NCBI GenBank assembly: GCA_963760795.1
Contig: CAVXEP010000019.1
Coordinates: forward strand, 160,001-224,000
Direction of reading: 5' to 3'
Source of the DNA: an uncultured delta proteobacterium
Lineage (GTDB): Bacteria > Desulfobacterota > Binatia > UBA9968
DNA: 64,000 bases
Position 1 is the stretch's first letter, and each line of letters begins with the position of its first letter. Positions 52,254 through 63,361 of the stretch are shown piece after piece. The notes beneath the pieces were generated by a model, which saw only the letters and a program-made list of their open reading frames with translations, was not told where the DNA came from and made no database searches. The position numbers and the translations under genes are program-made.

Positions 52254-52543
52254 CGGCCAAGTTGACGCTATATTCGCGCAAGGATTGTTGCCTGTGCGAC
52301 GCCATGAAGGCGGTGATTAATAAAGTCGCGGCCAATCTGCCGCTCGAAATTGACGAGATCGACGTCGACGGCTCGTTGGAGTTGCGCGAAAAATTCGCCG
52401 ACCAAGTGCCGGTGCTGTTCATCGACGGACGCAAGGCGTTCAAGTACCGGGTTAGCGCCAAACAGCTGGCAAAGAAGCTCAGCCGAAAACCGCCAAAACT
52501 TTTTACCATCATCACAGGTTTCTTGGGAAAGGGGGAATCATGA
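52250..52543 (+). CDS. Glutaredoxin-like protein (DUF836)
   Basis: LYSRKDCCLCD, VPVLFIDG. Confidence 0.85.
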   Translation: MTAKLTLYSRKDCCLCDAMKAVINKVAANLPLEIDEIDVDGSLELREKFADQVPVLFIDGRKAFKYRVSAKQLAKKLSRKPPKLFTIITGFLGKGES

Positions 52544-53541
52544 AGGTAATCTTGCTGCAGTTGTTCCTGGTGGTGTTAACGTTGGCTGAGGGCCGTCTGC
52601 TGTCAGCGGCGGAGCGCTTGATCGGCGTGCAGTCGGCGCGGGTCATGTCGCAGTCGATGCCGTGGATCGCCGAGGAGACCGGCATTTTTCGCAAGTATAA
52701 TTTGGAGTTTCCGCTGGTCTACATTGGCACCTCGCCGTTGGCAACGGCGGCAATGTTGGGCGGCGACGCGCAGTTGATGATTGACGGCGGCGTCGGTCTG
52801 GTGCGCACGGTGGTGGGCGGCAACAACGATCTGGTATTCATCGCCGGCATCAAGAACCATTTGACTCAAAGCATTCTCGCCAAGCCGGAGATCAAACGGC
52901 TGGAAGACTTGCGCGGCAAGAAGATTGGCGTCACGCGCATCGGCGCGACCACCCACTATTTCGCGCTCCAAGCGTTCAAGCGGCGCGGCATGGAAGCGGG
53001 ACGGGACTATGCGATGGTGCAGACCGGCGGCGCGCCGGAGATGTTGGCGGCGCTGCTCTCCGGCGCCATCGACGCCGGCACCATGTCTGCGCCTTGGGAT
53101 GCCCGCGCTGTCTCCCAGGGTTACCAGTATGTTGTCTACGGCCCAGATCTGCGCATCGCGCATGTTGCCGTGTCGTTTATCACGCGCCGCTCGTTTATCG
53201 CCCAGAACTCACCGCTGCTTGGCCGCTTCATGCGCGCCATGGCCGAGGCCGCGAAGATTTTGCACAGCGACAAAGAAATAGTCTTCAAAGTCCTGAGCAA
53301 ATACCTGCGCATCGACGACCGCAAAGTGCTCGACCAGGCTTACAATGCCGAGATCAAATCTCTCGAACCGCGCATGGAGCTGCGCCTCGAAGCCGTGCAG
53401 GCGATCCTCGACGACATCGCACCCACTGACTCACGGGCGAAGAAATACAAACCGCAGGATTTGTACGACCGGCGCTACTTGGACGAAATGGACAAGAGTG
53501 GGTTTATGGACAAGCTGTGGGCTAAAGCGGCGGCGAAGTGA
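52540..53541 (+). CDS. ABC substrate-binding protein (SsuA/NMT1-like)
   Basis: PWIAEETGIFRKY, DLRGKKIGV. Confidence 0.85.
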   Translation: MKVILLQLFLVVLTLAEGRLLSAAERLIGVQSARVMSQSMPWIAEETGIFRKYNLEFPLVYIGTSPLATAAMLGGDAQLMIDGGVGLVRTVVGGNNDLVFIAGIKNHLTQSILAKPEIKRLEDLRGKKIGVTRIGATTHYFALQAFKRRGMEAGRDYAMVQTGGAPEMLAALLSGAIDAGTMSAPWDARAVSQGYQYVVYGPDLRIAHVAVSFITRRSFIAQNSPLLGRFMRAMAEAAKILHSDKEIVFKVLSKYLRIDDRKVLDQAYNAEIKSLEPRMELRLEAVQAILDDIAPTDSRAKKYKPQDLYDRRYLDEMDKSGFMDKLWAKAAAK

Positions 53542-53939
53542 AATTTGATGGACTCGCTTACGCGCTAGCGCCGTTGCGTTAACGCAATTAATCCGTTCAT
53601 CGGGGTCTTGGCTGTCGCTACTGGTTCGGTTGCGGGGCAATTGTTTTCCACCGCATCACGGTATGTCAGGACCCTGGGTCGGCGGCAGTTTGTCGAAGAA
53701 AGCTTGGACAGAATCAGGACCCCGGGATTCGATTTATGAGAAATCAAAGTACCTGCCTACGCTGAAAGAGTTAAAAAGGCCTACGTGAGAAATTCCACGC
53801 CAATGGCCATCAGGCCGACTTGAAAGAATTCAAAGCCGGCATCCGTCCGGCAAGTGCCGGCACCGTCAGCGGGGATTCACGTCATGTTCGTGCGCACGGA
53901 ACACTACGAAAGGAAGCTGCCGAGGGAGAGGAAATAAGG

Positions 53940-55775
53940 TTAATCTTCCTCTTCGTGGCGCCGGCGCGGCCGGTCGGCTTGTTTGAGAATCTTTTTGCGC
54001 AGTCTAATTGACTGCGGCGTGACTTCGACCAACTCATCGTCAGAGATCCATTCCAAGCCCGCTTCCAGCCCCATTTCGCGGTGCGGTGAGATGATGATGT
54101 TTTCGTCTTTGCCGGCGGCGCGCATGTTGCTGAGCTTTTTCTCTTTGCAGACGTTGACGTTCAAGTCATTCTCGCGCGAGTATTCGCCGACCACCATGCC
54201 TTCGTAGACTTTGGTGCCCGGCGCGATGAACATGACGCCGCGTTCTTGCAGGTGATAGATCGCGTAGGGCGGGGCGGAGCCTTCGCGGTCGGCGACCATG
54301 GCAGCGTTGGTGCGCGATTGAATCAGGCCATGCCAGGGCTCCCAGCCGTTGAACAGCGCGTTCATGATGCCGGTGCCGCGGGTGTCGGTGAGAAAGCGCG
54401 AGCGAAAGCCGATCAAGCCGCGCGACGGCACGGCGAATTCCAAACGCACGCGGCTCGTTCCGCCGTGTGTCATCTTGGTCATCTTGCCCTTGCGCATCGC
54501 CAACAGCTGCGACACCACGCCGATGAAATCCTCGGGAACATCAATCACCAAGAGTTCCATCGGTTCATTGATAGCGCCATTGATCTCGCGGGTGATGACG
54601 GTGGGTTTCGAGACCATCATCTCGTAGCCTTCGCGGCGCATGGTCTCGATGACGATGGCCAGGGCGAATTCGCCTCGGCCGGTGACTTGAAAGGCATCCG
54701 GCTGGGCGGTTTCCTCGACCCGCAGACTGACGTTGCGCCGGGCTTCGAAGAACAATCGTTCGCGCAGCTTGCGCGAGGTGACATGTTCACCTTCACGGCC
54801 GGACCAGGGCGAATTGTTGGCGCAGAACAACATGGCGATGGTCGGTTCGTCGATGCGCAGCGGGGGTAGCGCTTGAGGCTTTTCCCGGTCGGTGATGGTA
54901 TCGCCGATGCCGATGTCCTCGATGCCGGCGATGGCGGCGATGTCGCCGGCTTGCACCGATGCGACTTCGACTCGTTTGAGCCCCTGCCAGCCATAGACTT
55001 GGGTGATTTTGACCACCTCTTGCTTGCCGCCGACGCGGCAAAGCATATATTGCCCCGGCGCGAGCGTGCCGTTCTTCACCCGGCCCACGGCGAGCCTGCC
55101 GACGTAGTCGTTGTAATCGAGATTGTTAGCCTGGAATTGTGTCGGCATCGCCGGGTCGTAGCTTGGGCCCGGCAGCGTGTTGACGATCAGCTCGAACATC
55201 GGCTTCAAATTTTCCCCGGGCTGTTTCAAGTCGAGTGTCGCGGTGCCGGCGCGGGCATTGGTATAGACCACCGGAAAATCGAGCTGGTCTTCGCTGGCGT
55301 CAAGATCGATGAACAGGTCATAGATTTCATCGAGCACCACGGCGATACGCGCGTCGGCCCGGTCGATCTTATTGATGCAGACGATCGGCGTGAGTTTGGC
55401 TTCAAGGGCTTTCTTCAAAACGAAGCGGGTCTGCGGCAGCGGCCCTTCCGAGGCGTCGACCAGCAGCATGACGCCGTCGACCATCGCCAAGGTGCGTTCC
55501 ACTTCGCCGCCGAAATCGGCATGGCCCGGCGTATCGACGATGTTGATCTTGGCGTTGCCGTAATGGATCGACGTGTTTTTCGCCATGATCGTAATGCCGC
55601 GCTCGCGCTCGAGATCCATCGAATCCATGATGCGTTCGGCGACATGCTCGTTGGCGCGGAAAATACCGCTCTGGTGCAGCAATGCGTCGACCAGAGTGGT
55701 CTTGCCGTGATCGACGTGGGCGATGATCGCGATGTTGCGCAAATCGTCGCGGCGGGTGAGTTGAGCTTGAGTCAT
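53940..55775 (-). CDS. typA: Translational GTPase TypA/BipA
   Basis: [36 protein letters not shown]. Confidence 0.97.
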   Translation of the reverse strand: MTQAQLTRRDDLRNIAIIAHVDHGKTTLVDALLHQSGIFRANEHVAERIMDSMDLERERGITIMAKNTSIHYGNAKINIVDTPGHADFGGEVERTLAMVDGVMLLVDASEGPLPQTRFVLKKALEAKLTPIVCINKIDRADARIAVVLDEIYDLFIDLDASEDQLDFPVVYTNARAGTATLDLKQPGENLKPMFELIVNTLPGPSYDPAMPTQFQANNLDYNDYVGRLAVGRVKNGTLAPGQYMLCRVGGKQEVVKITQVYGWQGLKRVEVASVQAGDIAAIAGIEDIGIGDTITDREKPQALPPLRIDEPTIAMLFCANNSPWSGREGEHVTSRKLRERLFFEARRNVSLRVEETAQPDAFQVTGRGEFALAIVIETMRREGYEMMVSKPTVITREINGAINEPMELLVIDVPEDFIGVVSQLLAMRKGKMTKMTHGGTSRVRLEFAVPSRGLIGFRSRFLTDTRGTGIMNALFNGWEPWHGLIQSRTNAAMVADREGSAPPYAIYHLQERGVMFIAPGTKVYEGMVVGEYSRENDLNVNVCKEKKLSNMRAAGKDENIIISPHREMGLEAGLEWISDDELVEVTPQSIRLRKKILKQADRPRRRHEEED

Positions 55776-55899
55776 AACCGATGAGTATCAAAGTTGGCTC
55801 CTCCGAAGTCAAGCGAACGGCGAAAATGTCCACAATTCTCGAGCGTTGGCGTTCGTTACCTTGCGATTACCGGGGCTGTAGAGTATTTTTAGGGTTTAC

Positions 55900-57639
55900 A
55901 TGGGGCGATTGTGGCAATATTTGCGGCGCTATTGGCGGCGTTACCTGATTGGCGGGCTATGTCTGCTCGGCACCGCCACGCTGGTCATGGCGATCCCCTG
56001 GTGGACCCGTGAAGTGGTGCGCATCATCGAGCAGGGCGGCTCGCTCAGCGACGTGCGCTTTTACGCCTTGCTGATCATCGCGGCGGCGGTCCTCCAGGGT
56101 ATCGTGCGCACCTATTCGCGGGCATTGATCTTCAACGCCGGCCGCGATGTCGAATACGATCTGCGCAACGATCTGTTCGCGCACTTGGAAAAGCTGCCGC
56201 TGGCGTTTTATCAAGCCAACCGCACCGGCGATCTGATGTCGCGGGTGATCAACGATATTTCCGCCGTCCGCGTCATGCTCGGTCCCGGCGTGCTCAACTT
56301 CGTCAACGCGCCGGTGTATTACGTCTACGCGGTGATTCTCATGCTGTCGATGGATGTGCGTATGACCTTGGCCGCTCTGGCGCCGTTTCCGTTGTTGATG
56401 ATTGTCGCCCGCGTTTTTCGCGGCAAAATCATGAAAAGCTCCCTGGAAGTGCAGCAGCAGATGTCGGTACTGAGCAGCCATGTGCAGGAAAATTTGAGCG
56501 GCATGCATGTGGTCAAAGCCTATTCCCAGGAAGACTTTCAAACCCAGCAGTTCATCGGACTCAACAAAGACTATGAAGTCAAAAGCATGCAGATGGCCAA
56601 GATGCGCGGCATCGTCAACCCGCTGATGCAGGGGATTAACGGGCTGACCGTGTTGATTGTCATCTGGTACGGCGGCGTGCGCGTGTTGCGCGGCGATTTA
56701 CTGGTCGCTGACATCGTTGCCTTTATAGCTTACTTGAACGTGCTCGCGTGGCCGACGGCGGCCTTCGGCTGGATGCTTTCGCTCGTCGAGCGCGGCCGGG
56801 CGGCGATGCGCCGGCTCGAAGAAATTCTCGCGACCGAACCGGCGATTGCCAGCCAAGCGGCGCCGTTGCCGGTTCAGGGCCTCAAGCAGGGCATGGAATT
56901 TCGCAACGTCGCGTTTGCCTACAATGGCCAACGCAACGGTCACGCGGCCATCGAAGGTATCAGCTTCAAACTCCCCGTCGGCAAGTCGGTCGGATTGGTC
57001 GGCCGCATCGGTTCGGGCAAGAGCACCGTCGCGCAATTGGTACCGCGGCTGTTCGATGCCAGCAGCGGCGAGATTCTCTTAGATGGGCAGCCGCTCACCG
57101 AGCTGCCGCTCTCGGAACTGCGCCGGATGATGGGCTATGTGCCGCAGGATCCGTTTCTGTTTTCGACCACGCTGCGGCGCAATATCGCGCTGGGCCGCGA
57201 GGAGTACAGCGAAGCGGAGCTTAATCGGGCGATCGCGATCGCCAAGCTCGACCGCGATTTGGCAATCTTTCCCAAAGGTTTGGATACCCTGGTGGGCGAG
57301 CGCGGCGTGACCCTTTCCGGCGGGCAAAAGCAGCGCGCGACCTTGGCGCGGGCGTTGATCATGGACTCGCCGGTGCTGGTTCTCGATGACTGTCTTTCCA
57401 GTGTCGACGCTCAGACCGAAGCGGAGATCCTCGCCGGGCTGCGGACGTTTCTCAAGGAAAAAACCTGCCTGATCATTTCGCACCGTATTTCCGCGGTGAA
57501 AGAGGCCGATGAGATTCTCGTGCTTGACGACGGCAGGATCATCGAGCGCGGCGATCACGAAGCCTTGGTGCGCCGGGGCGGCGTCTACGCCGATCTGTAC
57601 CAGCAGCAACGCTTGAGCGAGGAGCTCGAACAAATCTAA
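55900..57639 (+). CDS. ABC exporter, fused TMD-NBD (MdlA/YheI-like)
   Basis: GRIGSGKST, LSGGQKQR, degenerate Walker B LDDCLS. Confidence 0.92.
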   Translation: MGRLWQYLRRYWRRYLIGGLCLLGTATLVMAIPWWTREVVRIIEQGGSLSDVRFYALLIIAAAVLQGIVRTYSRALIFNAGRDVEYDLRNDLFAHLEKLPLAFYQANRTGDLMSRVINDISAVRVMLGPGVLNFVNAPVYYVYAVILMLSMDVRMTLAALAPFPLLMIVARVFRGKIMKSSLEVQQQMSVLSSHVQENLSGMHVVKAYSQEDFQTQQFIGLNKDYEVKSMQMAKMRGIVNPLMQGINGLTVLIVIWYGGVRVLRGDLLVADIVAFIAYLNVLAWPTAAFGWMLSLVERGRAAMRRLEEILATEPAIASQAAPLPVQGLKQGMEFRNVAFAYNGQRNGHAAIEGISFKLPVGKSVGLVGRIGSGKSTVAQLVPRLFDASSGEILLDGQPLTELPLSELRRMMGYVPQDPFLFSTTLRRNIALGREEYSEAELNRAIAIAKLDRDLAIFPKGLDTLVGERGVTLSGGQKQRATLARALIMDSPVLVLDDCLSSVDAQTEAEILAGLRTFLKEKTCLIISHRISAVKEADEILVLDDGRIIERGDHEALVRRGGVYADLYQQQRLSEELEQI

Positions 57640-59453
57640 TGGCCCAAGCCGCACAGCAAGAAGACGTCCTCGGTAAAGCCTATGATCTGCGCCTGATCCG
57701 GCGCTTGTGGAAGTTCATCATTCCCTACAAGCGGCTGTTTTATCTCACCATGCTGCTCTTGCCGCTGCAGCAGGCTTTCGGCGTCGCCCAGCCGTATTTA
57801 ATGAAAATCGGCATCGACCAGTATATCGCCGGCAAGGATCTCTGGGGTTTGCAGAACGTCATGCTGCTTTTCCTCGCCGCGCTGATCGGCGAGACGGTGG
57901 CGGCGTTTGCGCACCATTACTTTTCAATGTTAGTGGCGCAGCGTTGTTTGGCGGACATGCGCGCGGCGGTGTTCGCCCATGTGCAGAAATTGCCGATGAG
58001 TTATTTCGACCGCAATCCGGTGGGCCGTTTGGTGACGCGCATGACCACCGACGTCGACGTGCTGCAGGAGATGTTTTCCTCCGGTGTCCTGACGCTGGTG
58101 TCCGACCTCATCATGGTGGTGTGGATCGTCAGCATCATGTTCTATCTCAACGTTGGCTTGGCGTTGGTGTCCTTGGCGTTGATCCCGCCGATGATGTTCG
58201 CGATTAATTTTTTCCGCGTCAAGGCACGCCAGAACTACCGCCAGATCCGCGAGCGCATCGCCAGGGTGAATGCCTATCTAGGAGAGGCGATTTCCGGCAT
58301 GATGGTCATCCAGCTGTTCTCCCGCGAGACCAAAACCTATCGCGAGTTCGAAGCGCTTAACGCCGATCATCGCGATGCTTACCATCTGTCGAACAGTTAC
58401 GAGGCCGCACTCTATTCCATGGTCGAAGCCGCTGGCTCGGTGAGCCTGGGGCTGTTGCTCTGGTACGGCGGCGGCGAGGTCTTGCATGGCATCATCGGCA
58501 TCGGCACGGTGGTGGCCTTCAAAGAATACGTGCACCGGTTCTTTGTGCCGATGCGCGATTTTAGCCAGAAGTACGCGGTCATGCAGTCGGCGATGGCATC
58601 GGCGGAGCGGATTTTCCAACTGCTCGACACCGAGGTCGATATTCAAAACCCGAAAAACGCCGTGGTGCCCAAGCCGTTTCGCGGCGAAGTGGTCTTCGAT
58701 AACGTTTGGTTTCACTACAAGGCCGGCGATCCGGTGTTGAAAGGCGTCTCGTTTCGCATCGCGCCTGGGGAAAAAGTCGCCGTCGTCGGCGCTACCGGAT
58801 CGGGCAAGACGACCACCATCAAGCTGCTCAACCGCTCCTACGATATCCAACAGGGCTCGATCAAAGTCAGCGGCGTCGATGTGCGCGAGTGGGATTTACA
58901 CGCCTTGCGCCGCCATATCGGCGTGGTGTTGCAAGATGTGTTTTTGTTTTCCGGCGACGTGCGCGGCAACCTGATCTTGGGCGATCCGTCGGTCTCCCAG
59001 GAACGCGTCGAACAAGCGGCCAAGCACGCCAACGCCGATCAGTTCATTCGCCGGTTGCCCGACGGCTATCTTGCCCAGGTGCGCGAACGGGGCAGCAATT
59101 TTTCCGTTGGCCAACGCCAGCTCTTATCGCTGGCGCGGGTGCTGGTTTTCGGCCCGGAAATTTTGGTGATGGACGAGGCGACCTCCAGCGTCGACACTGA
59201 AACCGAAGCGTTGATCCAAGACGCTCTGGATAAAGTCATGCGCGACCGCACCTGTCTGTTGATCGCGCACCGGCTGTCGACCATCCGCAACGCCGACCGC
59301 ATTATCGTCCTACACCATGGCGAAGTGCGCGAGATGGGTTCTCACGCCCAGCTGATGGACAAGCGCGGCATCTATCATCGCCTGTACCAATTGCAGTACG
59401 AGCGCGAAGAGTTGAAGCTCACCATCCATGCCGACTCCAAGGTAGTTGCCTAA
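57639..59453 (+). CDS. ABC exporter, fused TMD-NBD (MdlB/YheH-like), heterodimer partner
   Basis: GATGSGKTT, FSVGQRQ, MDEATS; TAATG coupling. Confidence 0.92.
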   Translation: MAQAAQQEDVLGKAYDLRLIRRLWKFIIPYKRLFYLTMLLLPLQQAFGVAQPYLMKIGIDQYIAGKDLWGLQNVMLLFLAALIGETVAAFAHHYFSMLVAQRCLADMRAAVFAHVQKLPMSYFDRNPVGRLVTRMTTDVDVLQEMFSSGVLTLVSDLIMVVWIVSIMFYLNVGLALVSLALIPPMMFAINFFRVKARQNYRQIRERIARVNAYLGEAISGMMVIQLFSRETKTYREFEALNADHRDAYHLSNSYEAALYSMVEAAGSVSLGLLLWYGGGEVLHGIIGIGTVVAFKEYVHRFFVPMRDFSQKYAVMQSAMASAERIFQLLDTEVDIQNPKNAVVPKPFRGEVVFDNVWFHYKAGDPVLKGVSFRIAPGEKVAVVGATGSGKTTTIKLLNRSYDIQQGSIKVSGVDVREWDLHALRRHIGVVLQDVFLFSGDVRGNLILGDPSVSQERVEQAAKHANADQFIRRLPDGYLAQVRERGSNFSVGQRQLLSLARVLVFGPEILVMDEATSSVDTETEALIQDALDKVMRDRTCLLIAHRLSTIRNADRIIVLHHGEVREMGSHAQLMDKRGIYHRLYQLQYEREELKLTIHADSKVVA

Positions 59454-59824
59454 GAAGTTAGACTTTTACTTCCGGTCTGGAACAGTGCTGCATCTTCGGT
59501 ATCACAGAATTTGGCGCCAGGCTGCTAAACAAATTCAGTAAACCCGCCGATTGCCGTGGTGAGATGGCGTGTTTGATCGCCCACTAAATTCAACGCCGCA
59601 TAGAGACTTGGCCGACGCGGATGCTCCTCAATCGAGCGGCGACCTCAATCTGCAATAGTCCACGAAAACGTTTGAAGTTGTTAGGCAAGCATCGGCCCGA
59701 CTGAATCCGCCCCCTTCTCCCATGTACACCGATTGCTAGCCTCACGCACAGCAAAATCGATTACATAGAATCGCCTGGGTCCTTTTTTCTGGGTGCGTGT
59801 CTCTCGATATACGCTGTGACGTTT

Positions 59825-61129
59825 TTATTGTTTGATATCTCGCGGCGCGCTTTTCCTTAGTAACGAGGCGAGAAGCTCAAGGCGCTCCTTCGAAAGATTC
59901 TTGAGCGCGGATGACGAACGATCGCTCTCGCGGGCGTACGCGTCTTGCTTTACCGCAGGCACAGCAGCCAGATTTTCCAGATATTCCTCAACCGGCGCGA
60001 TCGAAAGCTTCGAAACATAGTTCTCTGCGGCCTCCCGGGAGGCTGTAGATAGCTCGTCGTAATGCTGCCGATCAGAGAGAAGTCGCTTCAACGCGTCGAG
60101 CCAAGGCCGAATGTCTTGCTCGGGGACGAACGGGACTGGAAGCATCTGGTCATCTCTGTGCGTTTGGTATCGCGCGATGGGTTCAACCGGCAAGAGATAG
60201 TCCACACCTAGTTTTGCTTCGGGTAGGCCGCCCAGATTGCTAGCCAAGACCGGAATTCCTCTGAGCATCGACTCGACGACGATCTTGCCAAAGGCTTCCC
60301 CCCAGAGCGATGGCACCAGCATAATGCGGGTCCGGGCAAAAATCTGATCTATATCCTCGGTCGGCTGAAGCATCTCTACATTAGGAAATTGTTTTAGGGC
60401 AACCCGGTCGGCAGCGGTGGTAGCCCAAGTCGGCACAGCAGCAAACTTTTCCGCAGGTAATGCGCGCGCCAGCTCTAAAAAGATGGCAATTCCTTTGATC
60501 GCCGACGGGTTGACCATCGTAATGAAGGGGTTATCCAATGATCCGAAGTAGGGCCACGGGGGGTTCCCGAAAACCGGCAAGGAAATGGCGACCGAGTTCA
60601 GGCCGCCCCACTTAAAAATATAACTCTTCAGGTAATTGCTGACCGCTATGATTCCGGCCGTTCGTTGGAGCATTTCTGCTTTCAATGGATCTGGCGAAAA
60701 ACACTCTGGACCGAAAGGCAGAGTTGCCTGGCTGTGCGATAGAAAAACAACACGCCCCGGCACGCTCTCCAGGGCAGCCGCAAGGGCGAGATAACTAGGA
60801 TCCTCGGATATCAAAATCCAATCCGGCCTAAACTCTTCAGCTTGCTTCAGAAGCTCGCCGCAAAATTGACTGGGGTCGGCGAGTTGGTGAACCTGAACGC
60901 CATGGAGATCAAATTTCTCGGCCAAAGGCGAGAATCCCGCATGGGTCGGATCCAATGACTCGTTGCGCGATCCGCGGCGCGGCGCGAAATGTGTTGCGGT
61001 GTGCGACAACGCGAGGACTCTGCACAGGTGGCCTCTTCGGCTAAGATATTGCAGCAGCTCGCGGTTCGATTTTGCTGCCCCGGTCCATGTCGGTGAATAG
61101 GATAATTTCTGCGCCAGAAATATTTTCAC
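59825..61129 (-). CDS. Family 4 glycosyltransferase with NRPS-docking-like C-terminal tail
   Basis: IAVSNY, LVPSLWGEAFGKIVVESMLRGIPVLASNLGGLPE (EX7E). Confidence 0.88.
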   Translation of the reverse strand: MKIFLAQKLSYSPTWTGAAKSNRELLQYLSRRGHLCRVLALSHTATHFAPRRGSRNESLDPTHAGFSPLAEKFDLHGVQVHQLADPSQFCGELLKQAEEFRPDWILISEDPSYLALAAALESVPGRVVFLSHSQATLPFGPECFSPDPLKAEMLQRTAGIIAVSNYLKSYIFKWGGLNSVAISLPVFGNPPWPYFGSLDNPFITMVNPSAIKGIAIFLELARALPAEKFAAVPTWATTAADRVALKQFPNVEMLQPTEDIDQIFARTRIMLVPSLWGEAFGKIVVESMLRGIPVLASNLGGLPEAKLGVDYLLPVEPIARYQTHRDDQMLPVPFVPEQDIRPWLDALKRLLSDRQHYDELSTASREAAENYVSKLSIAPVEEYLENLAAVPAVKQDAYARESDRSSSALKNLSKERLELLASLLRKSAPRDIKQ

Positions 61130-61142
61130 GAATACGCCACAC

Positions 61143-63341
61143 TCAGTCCTGGCTGTGATCTTCCCTGGTTAGCAGCGATTTAACCTGATCATCGGATAGT
61201 CCTTCGATTTTCTTCAAAACGACATCAAGTTCATCGACGCTGGCGGCATCTGCTTGTGCCATTAGAATCTCTCGGCAGAGTCCGCCGATAGTAAGTTTAG
61301 TCGTAAAGAATAGTCTCACTGGGAGCTCAACGCCCAAATCTTTTCGGATGCGGGAGAGAACCTGCATACCGAGAAGTGAGTGACCTCCCAAATCGAAAAA
61401 GTTGTCATCGACGCCAATACGCTCCAATCCCAGCAGTTCCGACCACATGTGAGCCAGACGGTTCTCGAGCGGAGAACGCGGCGGCACGAACGGCACGACC
61501 TCCCGCGGCAGAGGACGGCGCGTTTGTAAAACCACGCGGTGGATTCTTTCGGCGTCGTTAAGTTCAATGGCAATAGAACTCAACAGCGACGCCTTTTCTC
61601 GGGCACCTCGCGTATCGGCGGCAATGACCGAAGACTCCTCGTCCTCGGCGGTCGCCGCGGTGATTGTCGCCGCCTCCTGTGGCCGGTATTCGATGGCCGC
61701 CGCATACACGGCGGGAAATTTGAAAAGATAACCTCCGTCAATTGTTTCCTTCAAATCCGCGCCGACACTCTCCAAAAACTCCAATGCGGGGCGATTTTTC
61801 TTGGTTTGGAGATAGCGCACTTCGACTCGATCGAAATCTCGCTGCATAGCAATTTCGCCTAGTCTCGACAGCAGGCGATGCTCTACGCCTTTGCCGAGAG
61901 CGCGGCAACTCAGCAGGAAGGTGTCCACGAGAATGCAAGCAACGGCTCTAAAAATAATTGCGCCAACGAGACCATAGTCGCCAAACCGATCTCTCAGGTT
62001 TACGGTGAGACACTCTGCGTCTTCTTTTTGACAGAGACTCTGAATTTCGCTCTCGGAACGTCGCTGGGTCGTACAGTTAAACTGGTTGGTTCTCTGGGTT
62101 AATTCCGCCACGCGGGGAATTTGACGCGTCACCAACGGCGCAATCTCGATTGTCAGATCGAGACCCGCTAGGAAATCGCTAAAACTAAGCGATGCCTTAT
62201 GAAAACTCGCCCGCTCGGAACTCTGTTTATACGCTAGATTGCGTTGTTGTCCTTCGGCGGTGACTTTGAGATGATCAAAGATCCACAGATGCGATAAAAA
62301 CTGCCCCGCCTGCTCGGGGTCCCGCGGAACTTGGAAGGTCAACACTTCAGGGCAGTGCGATTGCACTTCCGCGCACTCGACGGGATCGTCATCGAGAAAG
62401 ATGAAACTGTCGGCGCCGAGGTTCAACTCCTGTGCTAAAGCTCTGATGTTTTCCGATTTTTGCCGCCAATTGATTCGCCGGGCGACAAAATGATCGAGTT
62501 TCAAAGGCATATCGGAGCGATTTGTAAATACCTCGACGACATCAGCCTCATTGTTTTTGCTGCACAAACAAAGGAGCATTCCGGCATGATATTGTTCGAG
62601 CAGGAACTCTTGGATTTTCTTCCATGGCGGAGTTATCGCTATGCCAGCCGCGCCATCTTCGCCGCATACCCCGCCCCAGAGCGTCTGATCGCAATCCAGC
62701 ACGATTACCTTATAGGGGTCGCTCGTAAGGGTGTAAATTTTACGCGCGAGCATTGTCGCCAAGGCGCTGAAGAATAATGGCGTGAACGGGATATGCGCTA
62801 ACCTGTCACTGTCAGGATCATAATATTCCGCTACCGGATAGCAGGCGAATAGTTCAGCCGGCGTAATGACGTGGACTCCGGGTATTGCTTGCAGCTCGGT
62901 CTGCAGCGACGCGACTATATCTTCGACAAATCGTTTTCTCTCCGGGTCCATCACAACCGCCGGTGACGCCGGACATAAACAGACGAGCTGCGGCGTCGCC
63001 GAACGCTCGGCGGCGGTTGTAACGGCGCGCGCAAAGTCGCGCGCGTCACGTTCGAGCGCCGGAAACGACAGTTCGGCAGCTTGACGCCCTGCGGCACTCT
63101 TTTGCCAGTCTTCAAAGCCTACCAGAATAATATTGACACCCGTGCGGTTGGTGGCGAGCAAGCTAGACGGATCGACGAGTTGTTGAAATACCTGGTTGTA
63201 CGGCGCAAAAGTGATCCGCGCCGGTATCTGGAGTTCCTCCAGCCAGAAGGTCAGCGGTCGCTCGAGCGGCTCTGCTGTAAAGGTAGCTGTGATCGCGATC
63301 GTTTGCTCTGCGTTCCGAGTATCCAACTCATCATTCAACAT
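61143..63341 (-). CDS. FkbH-like (HAD-IIIC) glyceryl transferase/phosphatase fused to a carrier (PCP) domain
   Basis: VLDCDQTLWGG, SKNN, FLDD, RTNQFN, DRFGDYG, LLSCR; PCP motif DNFFDLGGHSLL. Confidence 0.92.
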   Translation of the reverse strand: MLNDELDTRNAEQTIAITATFTAEPLERPLTFWLEELQIPARITFAPYNQVFQQLVDPSSLLATNRTGVNIILVGFEDWQKSAAGRQAAELSFPALERDARDFARAVTTAAERSATPQLVCLCPASPAVVMDPERKRFVEDIVASLQTELQAIPGVHVITPAELFACYPVAEYYDPDSDRLAHIPFTPLFFSALATMLARKIYTLTSDPYKVIVLDCDQTLWGGVCGEDGAAGIAITPPWKKIQEFLLEQYHAGMLLCLCSKNNEADVVEVFTNRSDMPLKLDHFVARRINWRQKSENIRALAQELNLGADSFIFLDDDPVECAEVQSHCPEVLTFQVPRDPEQAGQFLSHLWIFDHLKVTAEGQQRNLAYKQSSERASFHKASLSFSDFLAGLDLTIEIAPLVTRQIPRVAELTQRTNQFNCTTQRRSESEIQSLCQKEDAECLTVNLRDRFGDYGLVGAIIFRAVACILVDTFLLSCRALGKGVEHRLLSRLGEIAMQRDFDRVEVRYLQTKKNRPALEFLESVGADLKETIDGGYLFKFPAVYAAAIEYRPQEAATITAATAEDEESSVIAADTRGAREKASLLSSIAIELNDAERIHRVVLQTRRPLPREVVPFVPPRSPLENRLAHMWSELLGLERIGVDDNFFDLGGHSLLGMQVLSRIRKDLGVELPVRLFFTTKLTIGGLCREILMAQADAASVDELDVVLKKIEGLSDDQVKSLLTREDHSQD

Positions 63342-63361
63342 TGGCTCTTTGCTCCATCGAT

